DNA of 64,000 bases from Lama glama. Lineage: Eukaryota. The DNA lies in the NCBI GenBank assembly GCA_028534125.1, contig CM052816.1, positions 32,304,001 through 32,368,000 of the forward strand, read 5' to 3'. The position numbers and the translations under genes were made by a program. Within the stretch, counting starts at the first letter, position 1, and the number at the start of each line of letters is the position of its first letter. Under the pieces are notes generated by a model, which was given only the letters and a program-made list of their open reading frames with translations, did no database searches and was not told the origin of the DNA. Positions 40,370 to 52,421 of the stretch are shown here, piece by piece.

Positions 40370-42863
40370 CTTCAGTTAAAAAAAAAAAGTTTGGAAAATT
40401 AACTAGAAAATAAAAGGAAGTTAATTCACCTACTTATTTCCTTAGTCAAATTATTTAACAAATGTTTAATGCGTGTGCTTTTGTTTATACCTGTGACTCA
40501 TTCCAGAAAGAATATAAAGCGGCAGCCTTTGAAAAAAAAAAAAGTTTCCCACAGTACTTTGGGGTCTCTTGTCCCTTTCTTTCTTTCTAGTTTTACTGCT
40601 ATAAGTCAACCAGAAGCCAGGTCATCAATTGTTAAGAAACTTTCTAAAAAGTCCACCTGCAGAATACGAAGAAAGGGCAACCATCAAGCCAAGAAAAGAA
40701 AGCTGAGGCAAGGAAAGCCAGAGTACCCGGGCTCGTGAGGCTGCCTCCTCTTTTCAGCAGTGGGCAGAGACCGCTCGCTCTGGACCTGGGTCTGCATTTG
40801 TGCAGGCTGGTCAGCTCTGGGCAGGGTCGGGCTACCCAAAATGATCTTCCCTGCCCCCAGCTTCCGCCATATCTTGGCTTCATCCTACCAAACCAGAATG
40901 ACTTTCAAATGCTATTTCCTGACTGGGTATCATCTTTCTGCCCTAAGAATGTAAATATAACTGAGTTGTTATTCAACTCCAATAAATTGTTTTAGAAACA
41001 CACGGGAGACACGAGGAAGGGATTCATCAGAAGCCTTCCATCACCGGAGGAGGAAGGGAAGTGTGTCACCTCCCATTTCCCCAGGAGTCTCTGCTTCAAA
41101 AAAGAGCTACTTAACTCCTAATCCATTTTTAACCCCAGCTTTTTGAGGAATGCTCTATGTAACTATCCGGAAATATGGTCATAGCAGAGTTCTTTCTAAC
41201 AGCCAAGAAAGAAAAGAGAGAAAATGACAGGGTTATTTCAAAAAATGAAAATAAACTTACACTCTAGCATACCATATTATACAGGAATTAATAAAATATA
41301 AGCCTAAAAAAATAGCTATTTGACAAAGGCACATAACACAGCATTAGCAGATAATAGGTAGCTTTTATATATGAGTGATACATTATTCTTTTAAAGGTTA
41401 AATAACAGTGGGAAGATCGAATTTCCAATGTAAAAGCTTACTTTTGAGATGAGAAAATGTAAATATGATAGATATTTATTACAACAGCAGAAAGTTTGTG
41501 TGTGTTTAATAAATCAGAAAGAAAAAGAGAAAAGGGAGACTGAGAAATGCAATAGGGAGATGAAAGGGGAATTGGGAGAGGAGGCAACAGTCAAAGAATA
41601 ATGAAATCCTGGGGGGCAAATTAATTGCATTCACCCGCTAAGCTCTTTCTCATCCAGAGCTTGAGTGGGAAAATTTGGCAGCCCTTCAGGTATCCATCCT
41701 ATCAGTAAGAATGTAGTCTCAAAGGAGACTGAATTCCTTCTGTACATTCTAAAAAGGCTCAGGATCTGAATTTCATGGAAGATTACTGTTCTTATGTCAG
41801 ACTTACCATAAGCACATCCTGTACATACAGATTAAGCTGACTCTCCAGCCATAGCTGTGAGGCTGACTAAAGGAAGCACGGTAAGTGAAAGTGTGTGCAA
41901 AGGCAAAGAATTTGTCATTTCAAAAAGAGAATCTGTACAGGAAGCATCCTGTAACTAAACAAAAGGGAATGTAGGCAAAACCTTGGGGGAAAACACTGAC
42001 CTCTGAAAAACCTCCCATCTTGGAATTATTTTGCTAAGAAACCACAAACTATATTCTTCCAAGTAGCAACAATCCAAATGAACGAAAACACCATTATTTA
42101 TTAACGAAAGATGGAGGCGATGATCTAAGAAGTCTTTTGAGGTCACATATTTCTGACAGCTCGGACTTCGTCACGTTGTGTGCAGAGCAGTCACTATAGA
42201 GAAACTAAGCCCATGAACGCTGCTCATTGTATGTCTAACATGCTGCTCTGGGAACGTAATTGGAGAAAGGGAAAAATGACGCTGCAACAGTGTCTTAACA
42301 GGGAACAAGGCTGATCTTTCAGGGAAACAACCCATGTAACATATGAAGAGAAAGTCTTTCCCCTGGGGAATGCTACTGGGAAAACGGATGCAGGGGACCA
42401 TGACGCCTCATTATACATATGCAATCATTGCCTTCTGAAACCTTACGCCTCTAAATGCTATAAACCCTCTTTCCAGGGCCACACTTCAGTGCACTGCTGT
42501 AATGAACGCAGTACATTAAACGTGAATATTACCTCCTTTACTTCTCAAGTCCCTTTGAGTTAGTCCATCATAGCACACCATTTTACAAGTCACATGGAAT
42601 TTCCACTTTGCTGCCGAGAAAGCAGACCGCAGACTACCTGGGACTTCCTCATGCTGACATTAGGAGCACCTCCTTCAAATGAGAGAGGCACGTCCCCATG
42701 TTTTAGATTTCATTGGCATTTTAAAGTATTCTTTGGCCCACAGACTATTTAGGTCAAAAATATTAGTTAATTATCAAAGTGAAAAGATTATTAACCCTGC
42801 CAACAGGAAAAATCACTTCTGTGACAGCATATAGTGGTGTGTCCTTTCAATTAACTGACTGAC

Positions 42864-42954
42864 CTTTTTATCGGTGAAGGTGCGATAATTTTAGTTGTTC
42901 CTTCATTTTCTCCATTTTCCATGTTCTCTGTTACCCGATTTATGCTGTTTGAGC
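42864..42954 (-). CDS. EPB41L4A: EPB41L4A coding exon (~exon 13), 91 nt: (G)SNSINRVTENMENGENEGTTKIIAPSPIK(S)
   Basis: Acceptor ctgctag|G after a long pyrimidine tract and donor AG|gtcagt. Phase 1 to 2, consistent with neighbours. Confidence 0.95.
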
Positions 42955-43939
42955 CTAGCAGCAGAGTGGGGAAGAGACCAGCGGAGAAGAAAAGGAAGGA
43001 GAGAGTGGTCAGAAAAACACAAAGAAGAAAAAAAAATGTTAGTGCAATTTCAGGGACATCATGGCACACTGTAATGATAAATTATAATTCTAAATATATA
43101 ATGAACTGCCCAATAAATATGAGGCACTATTTTCTGAAATGTACTAAACTCCCAACATAACAATGTCCAAGGGGGTCTAGGCTATGGTACCATTTTAAAA
43201 TGGGAACTTTTGGGACTTAAAGAGTTAACTAAGTCCCCATATCACTGACGTTCTTTACTTTAGACTGTTAAAATAAGAATCTAAGATATTTAGCACTATT
43301 ACATTGGAATGTAAGCCATTCCAATCAGTCTTTGATAACTATGTTGTGAAAAAGTTACTGTGTCTTGGCATGGCCATGATAGTCTTTTTTCTAAATTAAA
43401 TCTCCTCCAAATATTTCAAACCTGAAAATGTCCTAATTCATAATGCAAACGGCAGAAAGAGAGTAATATAGATGTGGTTTGTATCACTCATATACAAAAA
43501 AAGTTTTCAAGTGTGTTTTTTTAATGCAAACATCCCTAAAAGCGTAAAAATGACTTTTAAAAAGCTGTTATTCCACAGATTTGCATACATGCTAGATGGA
43601 CCAGCAGAGGGAGCCCCCAGCAGACAGAATGTTGCAAATCATGCTCCAAATAAAGTGAAGTGGCTAGGTTCATCCAGGAAGTCTGGATCCCATTCTTGGG
43701 GCAGAGGCTGATAAACCTGCAGGGGGAGATGCGTGGGCACTGATGACAACTCTACTCTTCCCAAGTGGCATGCCCCCTCACTCTGGGAGGTACACAGGAA
43801 ATCAGAAGGGGATGCCCAAAGTCCTTGCTCAATTAACCATGTGGCACGCAGGTGCATCTCCCTCAGCACAGTTCAAGCCCCTTCAGTCCAAAGTGTAATT
43901 ACCATGAATGGTTCTCGACTCATGAGATGAGTTTGCAGT

Positions 43940-44180
43940 ACTAATAAGAGCTAATATTTATTGAGCACTTACTATGTGTTGGGTGCTGTCCCAAGTAATT
44001 CCTGTCTATTTACTCATATAACCCTCAAAATAATCCTATAATATAGATACTAATATTATATCCACTTTTAAAGGTAAGAAAAACAGGACTTTCCCAAGGT
44101 CCCCCAGTTCATGAGTAGGCGGCCAGCTCTGAAACCAAGTAGTCTGGCTCCTAAGACTTAGCTCTAAACCACCATGATAC
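43940..44180 (-). mobile_element. MIR SINE
   Basis: gctaatatttattgagcacttactatgtg...tattatatccacttttaaaggtaagaaaac core. Confidence 0.8.
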
Positions 44181-45915
44181 ACGGCCTTCCATGACCATCT
44201 GTGTCCCATCCTCAAAAGTAGGTCTAAATTAAGGGTCCACTCGGAGAAACAGACTCTTCAGAAGATAAGTGGATAGAATATCCAATGAGGAGAACATTTA
44301 ATAGTGAACTAAAAGAAGAATTTTCTTTCAAAGGCAGCCAACACTGAAAGACAACAAGACAAACATATGAGCACCCCAAAGTTGGCAATTCCCTCCAGGA
44401 GATTTGGAGGCAGGCTTGGCTACTCATCAGGAATGATAAACATTAATGAATGCACCATAGATACAGAAAGCAAGCAGCAGTTTCAAATGAGAGTTCCAAA
44501 AACTATTACTATGTAGAATTTGACATGGATTCAATATCTGAACTTTGGTCCTATTTTGGAACCCTGAAATGAAAATGTGAACTTGAAGATATGTGTTGTC
44601 AAAGGTAAGCTCATATGGGGGCAACATGCAGAATCCAGGCATTAGAAAAGAGTAACATTGGGGTCTATGGGAAATTTCACCAGGTAAGACAAATGGGACA
44701 CGACCAGTGACCTTGAACTACCCCATGTGCTATCAGACGTCAGAGTGGCCAGTCACTGTCTACTTCGCCATAACCCTTAATAAAACTCACAAAGACAGAT
44801 TCCCCAAATTGCAGGCACAGATTTGAGACGGAGCTGCTTCTCAAAAGTGGAACTCCATGTGGAACGGGCCTGGGACAGTGGCAGGAGTGATTAATTTATT
44901 TGTGCCCCAACATCAGGATTTTTAATTGGTGTGAATAAACATGTTTTAAATGCGGTATTGTTCTCAGCAGGTATTACTCATTTATAGAATCAGAGATCTC
45001 TGTTTCGCAGGCTGGGGGAAGGAAGGAGCACAGATGTCCAGCGGCAGTGACAGCAGCGGAAGCAGCACGGAGTGAGAGTGAGCATCACTGTTCACTGAAG
45101 CCCTGTGCAAACAGCTTGAGAAGAAGCCTGAGTTTGCTCCGAGTCTCACCTCTGTAGACTGACCAGTCCTGTCTTAGTCTCACAACCTTGGGGAGACTGA
45201 GGCTGCTTAATCACTGTTACCTAGTTTCCTTCCAAAGCTTCCAAAAAGTTAATAACCAGGTAGACCAAAAACCGAGGAGTATTTTAAAACAGAAAAATTT
45301 CAGACTGTATATGCCATATGTATTTGCTTAAAGAAACCAACATCTGGTTATTCACCATATTCAAATCATGATTTTTGAAACCAAACACTAAATCTATGGT
45401 TTTCCCAAAGAATTTCAGGGAAAATAAAAATCACATACATGCTCTCTCTCAGACACTCACAAACACTATAACCAGGCTTCTTCAAAATGACTGTTAGATA
45501 CACAAGACTATTTTACTAACGTATTAGTCATGTAACACTCATATACACATTATAAGTAGATAAGGTATTGTCAGTAATAAATTTAATTCATGGTTCCTTT
45601 GTATTCTGAACGGTGGACTACTAACCAAAAGACCTCTTTATGTGTATTTTCCTCCTCTATAAGTATGTGAATTGGCCAAGCCTGAGTGTAAAAGCCTTAC
45701 TAGGAAAACATACTATAAGTAGAAAAGCTACTTACAAACCTTAACTTCCTGGGAGCACTTTGAAGTATCCATTCATATAACATTCATATCCTAACTATAA
45801 ATTACTCTTTTTTATTTCATGAATGTAGGGTTCTTTAAAAGCTCTAATTAGGCAATCTGTATTAGCTTTCCTTATGTTACTAAATTCGCCCTTAAAAGTA
45901 GAAGTAGTAACTACA

Positions 45916-46069
45916 TAACTCATGGACAGAGAATACAGACTTGTGGTTACCGGGGGGGGGGGGGGGGGGNNNNNNNNNNNNNNNNNNNNNNNNNNNNNNN
46001 NNNNNNNNNNNNNNNNNNNNNNNNNNNNNNNNNNNNNNNNNNNNNNNNNNNNNNNNNNNNNNNNNNNNN
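45916..46069 (+). mobile_element. Young 5'-truncated L1 insertion running into an assembly gap
   Basis: actcatggacagagaatacagacttgtggttacc plus poly-G is L1 3'UTR-like. agtaactaca occurs at 45906-45915 and again directly after the gap at 46070-46079. Confidence 0.7.
45970..46069. other. Assembly gap (100 N)
   Basis: Run of 100 N after a G homopolymer. Confidence 1.
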
Positions 46070-49000
46070 AGTAACTACACTTTTAAAACACTGTATTTTA
46101 AACATTGTCCTAATGGGTTCAAATTAGTGAGATTTTTTTCATCCTACTACCATGTAAGAAGAAAGCTAAGCAATTAAATAAACCTAGGTTGCATACTGCT
46201 TATTGAAATCTGCAAAGGTGAGAGAGATGGTTATGCATTACCTAGGTTTAGCGACTTTCATCCTGCTGACATGCACTAACTGCTGTCCTTTTCCATACTT
46301 TCCCTCCCCTCACCGTACCACCTTCCAGAACCATCCCTCCTACGTTAGCCCAGATTCTTGGACTATAGAAGAGGTGATCTGACAAAACCCATCACACCAA
46401 AGGGCTCGTGTCTTCATGTATTAATTGGCCACAGAAGAGTTCCATTTCAAAGAGAAAAAGGAGAAGCCAAATATTAACTAAAATAATTAGCTGATAACAA
46501 TGGAATTTCAGGCATGGCTCCAGGAGATATTTTGAAGCCAGAGAAATCATTTTTCCCCACTTTTTTTTCATTGTAAATTATAACAGACCACCAGAAAAGA
46601 ATGTAACATACACATATGAACAGTTTAAAGAATTATTATAAAGTGAACAGCTATTTAACCACTATTCACAGCAAGAAATAAAACACTGAGCGCAATTTTC
46701 CTGTGCTCCACAAATCACTCCATCTAGGACAACTCTCTTTTAGATAAGGCCAAACAGCTGTTGTCTCTCTAAAATACCAAGAAACATGAATTATTATGTA
46801 TATATTTTATAAAACAGTTACAGTATATATAACAAAATTATTAAAAATTTAAAAATTAATAAAACTGAATAAGGCCCCAAAATCTTTTAAAAAATGAAGG
46901 ACATATCACTGGGCCCCACCCCCATGACTGTCAGCACAGTGTCATACACATGGTAGGTACTCGCAGGTCTGTTATTATCTACTATTTTTTCCACTCTTAG
47001 GCAAAATTCAGGGTCATGAAGATGTTATGTTTAAAAAGTGTCAAAACTAAGGCAAAAATACCTGGATATGGTAGTATGGGAAATGTGGAACCAGAGGACA
47101 CGCAGCCATATCCTACAAGACTGGGCTACTTCTTAGAGCTTTAAAAGCAGTCTTCTGCCATAGTGTGCTACTCTTTTAAATGAGAGCCACAGATTATAAC
47201 AAAGGTCAGTTACTGACTTACGGTTACTAAGGCTCCAGTGTACTTTATTTTTGGTAAAATAATATATTAATCTAGCAAGACCATTTAGAATTAGGAGCAT
47301 ATAATTCACTTTACCTATTGCTCACATTCAAAAGACAAAGAGCTTTATTTCAAGACGCTAGTCATATTTGCAAGAATAAGTTTACTGGGGACTGCTATAG
47401 TTTATTAAGAGCCAAATCCAGCTCATGACCCGTGATCATTTTTGTCTTTGGACGTTTAGACACTAACACGGGCTCACACAATATCCTATCAGTTAGGCAG
47501 CACTGCAGTGCCAGCGTCCAGTGCTCCATTGCCTCATTTGTTCATTTTTTAACACCCTCTATGCAAATGACTTCAGCCTGTGTGCACCAGACCATTACGG
47601 GGCTATGGTGTGGTTTGGCTCTGTTCACGTTTGAGCGCCCTCATCTTAAGTGACCCTCGCCCTCCGTTCAGGAAGAGTGGCTGTCAGAAACAGAATCAAT
47701 TTTCCCAGGACCTATTTAGCTACTTGATCTTCAAAGTCATCCCTGTGATGTCAAGATTTCAAAATGTGGTGATGAATCCACATGGATGTTCAATCACAAG
47801 AACACTTTGCATTTAAATAGTATTATGAGTCTCACAAAATTCATAGCTCAGTTTGACACTTGTCATCCTTAAGTTAAATCTTTGATGCCACTTAAATGTG
47901 GCCATTGCTTTGAATTTACAGCGTAGGCATAGAGGATGAATGTGTGACATTAAATTTAAAAAAATGTATTTGGCAAGTGAGAATGCCTCATTCTGTTCTA
48001 TGGGGAAAGGGACAAATAGCCAATAAGTAAGTCCAGATTGTAATATATACATGATTTCACTTAAAAACTCTCAAATATGATACATTTGTAAACTTTTAGG
48101 CTAAATTTTATCCACTTATTCACATTTTCTTTTCTGATCTAAATTTTAAAAAACTATACTTGACATTTAGAAAAATAATCAGGACAGAGTTAAACTACTC
48201 CCTATACAACAGATTATTAGGTTTCAGTAAAGACAATCTGATGTTCTCTTATCTGATCCAGAATGACTGATCAGAAGAAATGTGATATTCATGAGTTAAG
48301 AATGAGCTAATAACTGGAAATAAATTTTAGCTCTTGTTCGCACACTGATAGTACAATGCCATTTTTCACTGGTCTTACTAACTTTAGACTGAGTACTGCG
48401 GGGAAAATGGCAAATGAAAGAGCAAATTAGCAAAATAAAACATATTTTCTAACACCACCAATTACAGTCAGACAGTAAAATGGCCAAGGAAACCTTATAT
48501 ATCTTTTATCCTATCATCATGGAAGGCTTTATATTTGGCAAAACAGACACATATTAAATCAAGTAAAATGAAATTAAATATCGAAACACATGATTTGAAA
48601 AATAAAGGTATTTCAGTGTCTAGTGGCTAATTCTTTAAAGTTCAAATGCCTGATATCGGTCCATTTATCCCAAAGAGGCTGCCATTTCTTAAGTGTTTCT
48701 GTATTCAAAAGTTCCAAGGGTGGTATTTAAAAACATTTACCTCTTTACCACAAACATACAGAAGACACTGATTTTGCAGCATGTCAACTGCATGATCAAA
48801 CAAGGCATTTTGCTAAAAAGCTGGAGGGAAGATCAAGAGTGGGTGTGGATGAGAAAGATGCTAGGAAAATACATCTATGCATGAAAGATCCCTTCCTTGG
48901 TTGGTCTGCTTCCAATTTCTTCTGCCCTGACCCAGCACTCTCCTGGATCCCCCTGCTTTCCTCATCACCAAAATGGTCAATCTGGGATCATGAGAGTTGA

Positions 49001-51289
49001 AGACACTTGAAGAGGACACTTGGTCCTCTGTCCGGCCTACAGAGGCACATGCACTGAGAGGTGGTCATGAATATCCTTCCTTGAGGGTCAGAATGGTGGG
49101 TTTACTAACAAAAAAAAGGTACTTCTGAGCATCTGTTTACACCCTTAGAGTGGAACAAGAGGCTCTACTCTCTGAAGAGCTTGTGATCTACTCCTGTGTA
49201 TGCTGGAGGGGCTGCCAGACGCAGTGACAGCAGAGGGACCCTGACCTCTCCTTTCCGCCCTCCAAGGGCCAGTGTGAATGGTTCACAGGTAGGTGCTGGC
49301 ATTGGGCCTAGGAGGGCGAAAGGAGAGATGGGTGCCCCTACCTGTGAACAGGCTGGAATCAAGAGGTGTGGCAAATCTGTTAGATACTAAGTTTTTCTTC
49401 CTGTGATATCAGGTCACAGTTTGAGGGAAGACAGTTAAGTAAATGCTCACATCCTATCTTGGTCCTGCTCTTGCACTCCCCGCAACAATCCTTCCCCAAA
49501 CAGGGCCACGCAATTCAGAGCAACATTCAGCAAACCATCTCCAATCTCCTTCTCTCAAGCCCCACATTTATGGTTAGCTGGTTTAGGGCAGGTGGACAGT
49601 TCCGTACCTGACCTAAGGTTGGTTCTGTTTCAGAGGAGTGTGCTAGACCACTGATTAACAGACTTGATGTAACTGTAGTAGTATAAAGTACATACAAATA
49701 CAATACAAATAATCGTACGTTAAAAATTGCTTTAAAAAGGCAAAAGTGGGAAAATTTTTACCTTCCTCTGCTTCCATATTTGAGCTCATATCTAGGAGGC
49801 CTTTACTCAGTGTTCTTTAAACCTTTTACACAAGTGCTCACTAAAAGAATTTGAAAGATAATGTACCTCAGTGCATGCTTCTAAGATAATACCTAACATT
49901 TTGCATCAAAAGTTCAAATAGTACCAAAGGATATCATTTGCAGCATACAGTAAATATTGACATTTTTAACTGTTTCATGACTCTCTTACTATATCCAATA
50001 TAATAAAATACCATAAAAATTTGACACCCACAGCCCCTGATTTTAAAAATACATGAAATGAGTTTAGCAGTTAGAAATTTCATAGCATTCTTTTTTTCTC
50101 CTCATAGTTGCAATTCAGTTCCAACTCCTCTGCAAAAATCTCTCCCAAAGTAATATGATTTATGCTTGAGAGTTTTTATTCTCCACTCTATCTTACTTCT
50201 GTGACAAAAAAAAAAAAAAAACCCAGAAGTAAAGTAAAAGTTTTATTTCCCAAAACCACAAAGCTCTACTAGGTAAAAAATTTTTCTGAACCAAGTTATC
50301 ATTACAATTATTAACAGCATATTGTTAGGATACCATATTAACGCTGGTAAATAATTACTAAATGTAAGAAGTAAATTTTTATTGAAAAGTAATTCTTAAT
50401 GAGATGAACAAGGTAGTTTTGTTTTCCCAATTATTACATGATTTCCCAATTATCATACCCATTCAGAAATATTATTTTGTGCTAAAATGAAACAGTCTAG
50501 CAACAATTCTATTCTTATGTTCATTTAGGTAGATTTTCACTGCTAAGAAACCCTGTTCACATTAGTGGAAGTTTATATAAAGTATTCTGCTATAAAGACA
50601 TCACCAGTGCCCAAAAGAACTGCTAAGAGTTACACATAGACATATAACTTTAAAAGTAGTGATAGTGATAGGTTATCTAAAAGTATTTCACATTTTCTAT
50701 CAGGTGATAAATCAATTAGGTCCTCTATCAATTTTGTGGAAAGTCAAAATGAGAAAATGACAGACAAGGATGTGTCACTTGTTAACTGAGGTCATTTGAC
50801 TTTCCCAAGACCAGCTGAGAAGGTTTAACATTTAAGGACAGAGCAGAATACTAGAATCCCAGATGGTGAAAAAGTCTACCTTTCTTTTGGAAAGTGGGAA
50901 AACGTCCTTTGGGAAGGGGCAGGCTGGAGAAGATCTCCAGCAAGTCCAAGTCTATCACAGGCAGACTCCTCCCAGGTAAGGGAATCTGGAAACTGATTCT
51001 ATCAAAGCTGCCTGGACCCACATAGGAACCCTTAGGGAAGCCCCCCTGCACCCCCTCCCCACCAGGGGTTGCAGTCCCAGTTTGAAACCATCTGCCCTAA
51101 TCCACCAGTTCTTTAAAATCCAATTCCTGCACAACAGCATCATGGATTACACCTTTAGCCATAAGCAAACTATCCATCTGGATGCTCACAACTCCTTCAG
51201 TGCTCCACTCCAAGGCGACACCTGACACACGCTGCCCGCATTTCAGTATGTCTTTTATCTCTCCAGCCTGACAAAGTTGTTAAGCATAC

Positions 51290-51490
51290 AAGTCACAGAA
51301 ACCTGGATGTGCTTCTCAACTCTGCCAATTTACCCACTGTGTGGTCTTGGACACATTATTAAACCTCTTTGGATCTTAGTTTGTCCTCTGTAAAATGGAG
51401 ATATCACCAACTACTTTTATAGCAGATATGAAGATTACACTAGATAATTCATAGAAAGCGCTTCCTACAGTGCTTTTAGTAAGTGCTAAA
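51290..51490 (+). mobile_element. MIR SINE
   Basis: tgtggtcttggacacattattaaacctctttggatcttagtttgtcctctgtaaaatggagata core. Confidence 0.75.
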
Positions 51491-51539
51491 CAACTGCTGT
51501 TTTCTTTTTATATGATGGAGTTCCTCTAGATCAAGGGTC

Positions 51540-52421
51540 AAGTTTTACTAATTTTCCACACTCCATGGAATCTGCAATGGGTGTTTTTTCCAACACCATC
51601 AAGCAATTCTTCAATTCGCAGCAGACACTGACTGGGTATCCTGCAATTTAACTCTATTCTGACACTACATACCTGGAGATAGTGTCAGATGCCACAGGTG
51701 AAAGGCTCAGCTCCACAAGACTGCCCCCACTTTAGATACCTGTTGCAAGTGCAGGCTGTCACCTATGCTTCTGATCAACCAGCTATAGAGCAGAGGGTCC
51801 CACGACCCGCTCCTCAGGTTCAATTCATTTGCTAAAGCAGCTCACAGAACTCAGAGAAACAGTTATTTACTAGATTGCTGGTTTATTATATATAAAAGGA
51901 TGTAACTCAGGAACAGCCAGATAGAAGAGATGCAGAGCATGGAAACGGGCACAGACCTTCCTTGATCCGAGCATACCACTCTTTCCACATCTAGATCCAT
52001 GTGTTCACCAACCCCTTGGGACCATGTCCTTTTTGGGTTCTTACAGAGGTTTTATTTCATTATGCAGGCATGATTGATGAAATTACTGGCCGTTGGTGAT
52101 TGATTCAACCTCCAGTCCCTCTCCCCTTCCCAGAAATCAGGGGATGGGACTTAAGTTTCCAACCCTCCAGTCAAGGTTTGTTCCCCTGGCAACCAGCACT
52201 ACCCCTCCCACCCCTCCCCTCTCTTGTTAGGGGCTTTCCAGAAGTCACTTCATTAACATAAACTCAGGTGTGATGAAAAGGGGCTTGTTATGAGTAACAA
52301 AAGATGCTCCTTCCACCTTCGTGGCTCTTACCACTTAGGAAATTCCAAGAGTTTTAGGAGCTCTGTCCCAGAAATGGGGATAAGGGCCAATTGTTTATTT
52401 ACTATAAATTACAATATCACA
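51540..52421. mobile_element. Solo LTR, MER21-like
   Basis: ctgggtatcctgcaatttaactctattctgacact...ttaggaaattccaagagttttaggagctctgtcccagaa...acaatatcaca resembles recalled MER21. Left boundary uncertain. Confidence 0.75.

Noticed and set aside
45941..46177. 78-aa ORF with poly-Gly
   Set aside because: Artefact of a G homopolymer plus the N gap.
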